Assembly: GCA_016432285.1 (NCBI GenBank)
Contig: CP066682.1
Location: 118,434 to 182,433 of the forward strand
Reading direction: 5' to 3'
Length of the DNA stretch: 64,000 bases
From: Candidatus Kaiserbacteria bacterium
GTDB taxonomy: Bacteria > Patescibacteriota > Minisyncoccia > Phycocordibacterales > UBA2100
Every line of letters starts with the position of its first letter. Within the stretch, counting starts at the first letter, position 1. The position numbers were made by a program, and so were the translations under genes. The notes below the pieces were generated by a model, which saw nothing but the letters and a program-made list of their open reading frames with translations, ran no database searches and was not told where the DNA came from. Shown here in pieces: positions 57,816 to 64,000 of this stretch.

Positions 57816-58670
57816 ATGCGTCGGAGCGCGAGGCTGTACGGAATCGCGATTCTTGTGCTCCTCGTCCTCGTTTTTGTGATAGGCATCATCGTGCTCCGGG
57901 AGGATCGGCGCGGCTCTCTCACCGTCTCCTTCCTCGACGTGGGGCAGGGAGATGCGATTTTTATCGACGCGCCCTCCGGGAGGCAGGTGCTGATCGATGG
58001 CGGGAAAGGCTCTACCGTGCTGCGGCAGCTTTCGGGAGTTCTGCCGTTTTACGACCGCTCGATCGACATGGTGGCGCCCACGCATCCCGATGCGGACCAT
58101 ATCGGCGGTCTTCTCGACGTGCTGAAGCGGTACGAGATCGGCACGATCATCGAATCCGGCGTGCAGGGCGACAGCTCGATTTTTGCGGCGTTTGAAAAAG
58201 CGGCGCAGGAAGAAGGATCGGAACGCCTCGTCGCGAAGCGCGGAGACGTGTTTGATCTCGGAGGTGGTGCGCAGCTCGAGATTCTCTTTCCCGATCGCGC
58301 AGTGCCCGGCGTGGAAACCAATACCGGCTCCCTGGTCGCACGCCTCACGTACGGCGCCACGTCGTTCCTGCTGCCGGGCGATGCGCCACAGAATATTGAG
58401 GAGTATTTGGCGCGGCTCGACGGGAAAAATCTGAAATCCAACGTGCTAAAGGCGGGGCACCACGGCTCGCGCACCTCGTCGGCCGCGCTCTTTGTGGGGT
58501 ACGCAAGCCCGGAGTATGCGATCTTTTCGCGCGGCTGCGAGAATACCTACGGACATCCGCATCAGGAGGTGGTCGATCTTTTGGCGCGCTTTGAAATACC
58601 GACGCTCGATACGTGCGAGGAAGGCACGATCACCTTCGTGTCGGACGGGAAAACGGTCAGGAGAAAATAA
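57816..58670 (+). CDS. ComEC-type metallo-beta-lactamase-fold domain protein
   Basis: LDVGQGDA, THPDADHIGG, GHHGS and YGHP motifs. Confidence 0.92.
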   Translation: MRRSARLYGIAILVLLVLVFVIGIIVLREDRRGSLTVSFLDVGQGDAIFIDAPSGRQVLIDGGKGSTVLRQLSGVLPFYDRSIDMVAPTHPDADHIGGLLDVLKRYEIGTIIESGVQGDSSIFAAFEKAAQEEGSERLVAKRGDVFDLGGGAQLEILFPDRAVPGVETNTGSLVARLTYGATSFLLPGDAPQNIEEYLARLDGKNLKSNVLKAGHHGSRTSSAALFVGYASPEYAIFSRGCENTYGHPHQEVVDLLARFEIPTLDTCEEGTITFVSDGKTVRRK

Positions 58671-58681
58671 CTCCCTCTTTT

Positions 58682-58927
58682 CTACTTGATGAGACCGGCG
58701 GCCTTCAGAGTCTGGAAGGCGCCCTTCTTTTTCATGATCTTGAGGCCCTTTGCGGAGACGGTGATCGTTACCTTGCGGTTGAGCTCGGGCACGAAGACGG
58801 TCTTCTTCTGAAGATTGACGAGGCGGCGGCGCTTACCGGTCGGATTGAATTTCGTCGCGCGAGTGCGGTTGGAGTACCCACCGCCGACCTGGGATGACTT
58901 GCCTGTTATGTCGCACACTCGTGCCAT
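58682..58927 (-). CDS. rpmB: 50S ribosomal protein L28
   Basis: MARVCDITGK, NLQ and SAKGLK motifs. Confidence 0.93.
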   Translation of the reverse strand: MARVCDITGKSSQVGGGYSNRTRATKFNPTGKRRRLVNLQKKTVFVPELNRKVTITVSAKGLKIMKKKGAFQTLKAAGLIK

Positions 58928-58990
58928 ACGTCCGCGGATCCTACCATCCTGAAAAGGCGAGCGCAAACCTCGCTATGGTAGGATCTCGTG

Positions 58991-59614
58991 ATGGAAGTGA
59001 TCGATATCGTATTTCTCGTCGCGGTGATCGTGATGTCCGCAGTCGTGCACGAAGTGATGCACGGCGTAGCGGCCAACTCGCTCGGCGATCCGACCGCGCG
59101 CTTAGAGGGACGGCTGACGCTGAATCCGCTTCCGCATCTCGACCTCTTCGGCTCGATTATCTTGCCGGCAATCTTCGTGCTCACGCAATCTCCCTTGTTT
59201 TTCGCATGGGCGAAGCCGGTGCCGTACAACCCCTACAACCTCCGCGGCGGACGCTTCTCGGAGGCCATCGTCGCTGGTGCGGGCCCGCTCGCGAATCTCG
59301 CGATTGCCCTCCTTGCCGGCCTTTTGCTGCGGCTCGGACTCTTCCCCGGCGCGCCCGACATCATTTTCACGATCGTGGTGATCAACGTCATGCTCTTTAT
59401 CTTCAATCTCATTCCCATTCCGCCGCTCGACGGCTCCAAGGTAATTGAGGCGTTTCTTCCGGGGCCTCTACAGTACGCGTATGCTGGGTGGCGCCGCTCG
59501 CTGGAGCTGAACCCCTTCCTCGGCTTCGGGATCGTCGTGCTCATCATCGTCTTTTTCGGCGGCACGTTCGGCAGCTTCGTCTACCAAGTCGCGCGTGGCA
59601 TCGCGGGCGTGTAG
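58991..59614 (+). CDS. Site-2 protease (M50)
   Basis: HEVMH, AGPLAN and NLIPIPPLDG motifs. Confidence 0.94.
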   Translation: MEVIDIVFLVAVIVMSAVVHEVMHGVAANSLGDPTARLEGRLTLNPLPHLDLFGSIILPAIFVLTQSPLFFAWAKPVPYNPYNLRGGRFSEAIVAGAGPLANLAIALLAGLLLRLGLFPGAPDIIFTIVVINVMLFIFNLIPIPPLDGSKVIEAFLPGPLQYAYAGWRRSLELNPFLGFGIVVLIIVFFGGTFGSFVYQVARGIAGV

Positions 59615-59673
59615 TCTTGTAGTCTTTCCGCAACGCGAGTGGGAAGCGTCCGATCGGATGCTACGCTTGTAGC

Positions 59674-60711
59674 ATGAAGGTACGCTGGAGCCTGCCGCTT
59701 TTCTTTTGGACGTTTTCGCTCGTCGCGTTCGTGGCTGCGGCGGGAGTCGGCACGCTCGGCGGCATTTCCATGCGCATCCCGTCCGAAAGCGCAGGACAAC
59801 TCGCGGCGGGCGGCTCACTGAATCTCGCGGCACCCAAAAGCTGCATGGAAGCGATCTCGCGTGCCGTTACGATGCAGGGCGTCAACGACGGCACGTACAC
59901 CTCGACCGTAACAGGCGTCGGCAAAGAGCTTTCCGGGAAAACGCTCGACGATTGTTACGGCGCGGTGCTGAAGGCGGGCGCAAAACAGCCGTACAAATTT
60001 TCCGACTATCAGTGCACCGGGCGCATAGGCACCACGAAGGTCTCGTCGGCGGGCGTCGTCGACACCACCGTCGCTTCGCTCGGTGCGCCGCCCAAAAAGT
60101 GCAACACCAAGGTGACCAACGAAAAACCGAAAACTCCAGGGCAAGAGCCGGGGCAGGAGAAGCCAGCGGCTGGAAAAGGGGAGGGCGGCATGCCAAAGCT
60201 TCCCGAGCTCCCGAAACCTCCGGGCGGTGGACAGGGTGGCGGACAAGGTGGAGGTCAGAGCCCGCTAGGCGCGCAGACCGGCTGCGCGGAAGTCGACAAA
60301 AGCAAATGCCCCGGGGCTCTTCCCACGGTGAGCGATTCTCTGCTCGGTGCGTTCACCTCGGCAAGCGCGCCCACTGAAGGTAGTGCGCCACAGGCGCAGC
60401 CAGAGCCAAGCGTGCCGTACGAACCGGAGACGTTTGTCTCGCGGCGGGTCGATGGAGCGCCCTACGAGGCGCCCGTGTTCACGCCGGCACAGGACGTGGT
60501 CAAAATCTCCGTCGCCGCTCCGAAAAGCGAGTCCGCACCCGCTGGTCCGTACACCGGGATCACTCCCGAGATCATTCAAACGACCGGATTTACGGATACG
60601 AGTGTGAACACAGCGGTGAGCGAAGACCTTTCCGGGCAAGGCGTGCTCCAAGGACTCTTCACGCGACTCTCCAACGGACTCCGCAGCCTCCTCAGCAGAT
60701 TTTCTTTCTAG
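59674..60711 (+). CDS. Hypothetical exported protein
   Basis: N-terminal hydrophobic helix, Cys pairs and a Gly/Pro-rich linker. Confidence 0.7.
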   Translation: MKVRWSLPLFFWTFSLVAFVAAAGVGTLGGISMRIPSESAGQLAAGGSLNLAAPKSCMEAISRAVTMQGVNDGTYTSTVTGVGKELSGKTLDDCYGAVLKAGAKQPYKFSDYQCTGRIGTTKVSSAGVVDTTVASLGAPPKKCNTKVTNEKPKTPGQEPGQEKPAAGKGEGGMPKLPELPKPPGGGQGGGQGGGQSPLGAQTGCAEVDKSKCPGALPTVSDSLLGAFTSASAPTEGSAPQAQPEPSVPYEPETFVSRRVDGAPYEAPVFTPAQDVVKISVAAPKSESAPAGPYTGITPEIIQTTGFTDTSVNTAVSEDLSGQGVLQGLFTRLSNGLRSLLSRFSF

Positions 60712-60771
60712 ACGCGTAAAAAAAGCGGCCCGCGAGGGCGGGCCGTTTTGTTTTTTTCAGTGGCGCAGACG

Positions 60772-61149
60772 TTACGCCGCGCTGAAGATCTGCTCCGTCT
60801 CGACGACCTTGATGCCACCGTCGGGCCACTCATCGTCGCCGCAGTGTGAGCGGACCAGAGCTCGCGCCCGATCGAGCGCCTGATCCTTGTTATGGAGCGG
60901 CCGTCCGGTGAAGCGGTACTGCTTTACGGCGGGATCGAGATGCGGCCAATTGGCACGGAACTTCTTGAGGTCGTTCCCCTCGAGAAATGCCACACGAAAT
61001 TCGGTGGCACCGTGGTTGGGGCCGGGCGAGCGGACCACGTAGACGGCCTGGCTCGGGTAGCCCGTGTGGATGCCAGGCGTGGACGATGGCCGCCACGGCG
61101 CGGAACTGTAGGGCGTGTCGCCAAAATAGGAATAGGAATGCGCCACCAT
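60772..61149 (-). CDS. Hypothetical protein
   Basis: AGGAG SD before MVAHSY; terminator at ~60720-60757. Confidence 0.55.
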   Translation of the reverse strand: MVAHSYSYFGDTPYSSAPWRPSSTPGIHTGYPSQAVYVVRSPGPNHGATEFRVAFLEGNDLKKFRANWPHLDPAVKQYRFTGRPLHNKDQALDRARALVRSHCGDDEWPDGGIKVVETEQIFSAA

Positions 61150-61260
61150 TGCATTTCTCCTTCTGAAGAACCGGGATGGTTCTCTGTGGCCACTCTCCCA
61201 TATCTTGCGTCCGCACTCAATCAATAGTAGACTCCGCGGTGCGCTGAGGCGCATTTTTTC

Positions 61261-61677
61261 ATGGCAACGATCAACCAGCTCACACGAAAGGGACGCCGCA
61301 AGAAGACGTGGCGCACCAAAACCATCGCGCTTTCGCGCGGCTTCAACACGCTTGAAAACCGCCCGAGCTTTTACCCCGCGCCCTTCAAGCGTGGTGTCTG
61401 CTCGCGCGTGACCACCAAGACCCCGCGTAAGCCCAACTCCGCGATCCGCAAGATCGCCCGTGTCCGCCTCAGCAACGGCATGGAAATCACCGCATACATT
61501 CCGGGCGAGGGACACAATTTGCAGGAGCACTCCGTGGTCTTGGTGCGCGGCGGCCGCGTGAAAGACATCGGCCTTCGATATACCATCGTGCGCGGCAAGC
61601 TCGACACCGCCGGCATCGACAAGCGCCGCCGCGGCCGCTCGCTCTACGGAGCCAAGAAGCCGAAAGGTGAAAAATAA
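61261..61677 (+). CDS. rpsL: 30S ribosomal protein S12
   Basis: [21 protein letters not shown] and RGGRVKD motifs. Confidence 0.98.
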   Translation: MATINQLTRKGRRKKTWRTKTIALSRGFNTLENRPSFYPAPFKRGVCSRVTTKTPRKPNSAIRKIARVRLSNGMEITAYIPGEGHNLQEHSVVLVRGGRVKDIGLRYTIVRGKLDTAGIDKRRRGRSLYGAKKPKGEK

Positions 61678-61680
61678 TCT

Positions 61681-62142
61681 ATGCGACGCCCTGTCAAAAA
61701 TCGCAACCAGCCCGGCCCCGACGAGATCTACGGATCCGTGAAGGTCTCGAAGCTCATCAACTACGTGATGGAGCGTGGCAAGAAGGACACTGCACGGAAG
61801 ATCGTCTACAAGGTGATGGAGGAGTTGAAGAAGGACGGCGACCCTGTCGCACTCCTTGAGCAGGCGCTCGAGAACGCGTCTCCCACCGTGGAGGTGCGCA
61901 GCCGCCGCGTCGGCGGCGCCAACTATCAGGTACCGCGCGAGGTCAACCCAAACCGCAAGCTCGCACTCGGGCTCCGCTGGATCGTGGAGGCAGCCGAGGG
62001 CACCAAAGGTAAGCCCATGAACGAATCGCTGCTCACGGAGCTGAAGGCCGCGATCAAGAACGAGGGCGTAGCCGTCACCAAGAAAGAAACGACCCACCGC
62101 ATGGCCGAAGCCAACAAGGCCTTCGCCCACTTCGCGTGGTAG
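61681..62142 (+). CDS. rpsG: 30S ribosomal protein S7
   Basis: RRVGGANYQVP and HRMAEANKAFAHF motifs. Confidence 0.98.
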   Translation: MRRPVKNRNQPGPDEIYGSVKVSKLINYVMERGKKDTARKIVYKVMEELKKDGDPVALLEQALENASPTVEVRSRRVGGANYQVPREVNPNRKLALGLRWIVEAAEGTKGKPMNESLLTELKAAIKNEGVAVTKKETTHRMAEANKAFAHFAW

Positions 62143-62173
62143 ACAAACAGATACCTTCTGGCACCATACGTGT

Positions 62174-62569
62174 ATGGGTCTAGAAAATAAGAAAAGTCTG
62201 GAGTCGGAAGCAGTTGATATCCAGAAGTTAGGGCAAGATTTCGCAGACTTGGCTGACCAGCGAAGATTTGCGGAAATCCAAATTTTGGCAAAACAAGTAA
62301 GACTCACTCCGCAACAGCTTTCTAATACTTTCGAACAGGCGATAAGAATTATGCAAAAAAAATCGCCTCTTACCCTAACCAATAGACCCATTACCATAGG
62401 TTTGACAGGAGGCGCGCTGCTCGGGATGTTAGCAGGTCAGATTGTTGTGGGAGCTATGGCTGGAGGTTCCGCAGGTGCCATCGTGGACCAGATGCAAGAA
62501 CATGCGCAGAGGGATAAACTCCAGAAACTAATAGAAGCGAAAGAATGGCTCGAAAAGAGCAATAGTTGA
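62174..62569 (+). CDS. Hypothetical protein with glycine-zipper-like segment
   Basis: AT-rich ORF; GGALLGMLAG...GAMAGGSAGA. Confidence 0.6.
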   Translation: MGLENKKSLESEAVDIQKLGQDFADLADQRRFAEIQILAKQVRLTPQQLSNTFEQAIRIMQKKSPLTLTNRPITIGLTGGALLGMLAGQIVVGAMAGGSAGAIVDQMQEHAQRDKLQKLIEAKEWLEKSNS

Positions 62570-62614
62570 CGAAGCATATCCTGTAGTTCACTCAGCCTTC
62601 TTTCAAAAGTAGCG

Positions 62615-62637
62615 ACCCGCAGGTTAGACCTGCGGGT
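62615..62637. repeat. REP-like palindrome overlapping the transposase stop codon
   Basis: ACCCGCAGGT-TAG-ACCTGCGGGT. Confidence 0.8.
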
Positions 62638-63301
62638 TTGCCTCCATGTAGTACTCCCTGGCGTCCTTGAGCATATCGCGCAGCGATGGCATCCGGTCAT
62701 AGTAATCACCGAGAACTTTCTGCGGAATTTTGCTCTCCGGTCGAATAGTTCCGTTCATATCCGGCAGATTCGAATACGGGTATTTCAGTAGCTTCTCTCC
62801 GACCGTCGCGATATTACCGACGCCGCGTTTCCAGTTTCGTTCGAACAGCTCAATCGGGTTTAGAAGGACATATGGAATCACTCGCTTCAGGTAGGCGTCG
62901 TCTGTAATGTGTTTCGACTTGAAGCTGCCCGCAAACAACGGGCCAGTTCGTTCGTTTTTATTATTGAAATACATTGTGTAGCCAGTGAAAACTCGCTGCA
63001 TGAAGGTGGCGATACCTCCCGATTTGATTTGATGCAGCACGAAATGCACGTGCGTGGGCATCAAGCAGTACGCCGCTATTTCAACAATCGGATCCGCGTC
63101 GAACCTCTCGTTGGCCAGTACAGCATGAAGATGGAGATCGGCTATGTCGGAAACGCGACGACTCGCGCTACTGTTCGCGACATACGCGTGAACGAGGAAA
63201 CGTTCATAGTCAGTTTTATTTTGAAAAACAATTCTTTTGTCTACGCCGCGGGAGTAGCAGTGATACCACTCACCAGCGGGCATCGGGGGCCGAGTTGCCA
63301 T
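62624..63301 (-). mobile_element. REP-associated tyrosine (Y1/HUH) transposase, RAYT
   Basis: YHCYSRG, YCLMPTHVH (HUH), GPLF, Y...NP and YPYS motifs; REP palindromes on both sides. Confidence 0.9.
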
Positions 63302-63321
63302 CCATTTATCTTATCACCAAT

Positions 63322-63355
63322 CCCGCAGGTCGAACCTGCGGGTGAACCTGCGGGT
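63322..63355. repeat. REP-like palindrome plus an extra half-site
   Basis: CCCGCAGGT-CGA-ACCTGCGGG followed by GAACCTGCGGGT. Confidence 0.8.
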
Positions 63356-63443
63356 TAAGGTCAGCGGGTTAGATCGGAACCGTCTGCGATGTCGGGTGCG
63401 GCTTCACGCTGCGTTTAGCCGCACTCCGTACCATGGGCGGCGT

Positions 63444-63548
63444 ATGGATTTTCTGCTTCTCATCGGCGGCCCTCTGGGCTTCGTGGCCATCTGCATGTTC
63501 GGGCTCTTTTTGGCGATGGTCTTCATCGAGGAGTTCTACGTGCGCTGA
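63444..63548 (+). CDS. Small hydrophobic peptide (34 aa)
   Basis: MDFLLLIGGPLGFVAICMFGLFLAMVFIEEFYVR; TACCAT -10-like box just upstream. Confidence 0.4.
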   Translation: MDFLLLIGGPLGFVAICMFGLFLAMVFIEEFYVR

Positions 63549-63617
63549 GCATCTTTGCGTTTTCGCGCCATATCGGCTACATTACTGAAACGCCTTCGGG
63601 CGTCTTTCTTTTAGCGT

Positions 63618-64000
63618 ATGGCACGAGACTACCCACTCGAAAAAGTCCGCAACTTCGGCATCGTCGCGCACGTGGACGCCGGGAAGACCACCACGTCGGA
63701 GCGCATCCTCTACTACACCGGCGAGTCGCACAAAATCGGCGAGGTGCACGAGGGCAACACGGTTACCGACTGGATGGAGCAGGAGCGCGAGCGCGGCATC
63801 ACGATCACCGCCGCTGCGATCACTTGCTTCTGGAACCCCACGTACATGGGGAGCGACACTTCCTACAAGCACCGTTTCAATATCATCGATACACCCGGAC
63901 ACATCGACTTCACGTCGGAGGTGAAGCGTTCGATGCGCGTCCTCGATGGCGCAGTCGTCGTCTTCGACGGCGTCGCCGGCGTGGAGCCGCAGAGCGAGAC
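63618..64000 (+). CDS. fusA: Elongation factor G (5' part; runs off the window)
   Basis: [25 protein letters not shown]...ERGITI...DTPGHIDF. Confidence 0.97.
   Translation, partial: MARDYPLEKVRNFGIVAHVDAGKTTTSERILYYTGESHKIGEVHEGNTVTDWMEQERERGITITAAAITCFWNPTYMGSDTSYKHRFNIIDTPGHIDFTSEVKRSMRVLDGAVVVFDGVAGVEPQSE

Noticed and set aside
61150-62397. Upstream part of the 541-aa minus-strand ORF
   Set aside because: Antisense to rpsL and rpsG; only 60772-61149 has its own SD and is kept as a possible gene.

Overview
The window looks like a GC-rich chromosome segment of a Patescibacteria (CPR, Parcubacteria-like) bacterium. This is inferred from compact housekeeping genes (pnp, rpsO, rny, clpP, short tig, nusA, tpiA, pgk, recJ, rpsL-rpsG-fusA), a type IV pilus/competence kit and apparently leaderless core mRNAs. 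Bases 1-~8480 are an AT-rich island that truncates comM. The island carries an amidase, two XRE regulators, an unusual restriction-modification locus (two methylases, a LAGLIDADG-like/PD-(D/E)XK nuclease and a degenerate paralog) and a LexA-headed type I CBASS operon (small DUF3892-like gene, CdnE, Cap15). The most striking non-coding feature is a nested 'matryoshka' tRNA-Pro locus (29375-29707): an intact tRNA-Pro(UGG) sits inside the anticodon arm of a second tRNA-Pro body, which sits inside a third degenerate one, and both insertions share one structural cassette. Other notable items are structured end duplications at two tRNA-Gly genes, a ~320-nt candidate ncRNA, a DnaA-box/parS cluster, a RAYT transposase with REP palindromes inside the str operon, and a lone alphaproteobacterial-type ilvC. 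All calls come from reading sequence motifs; no database searches or folding programs were run.
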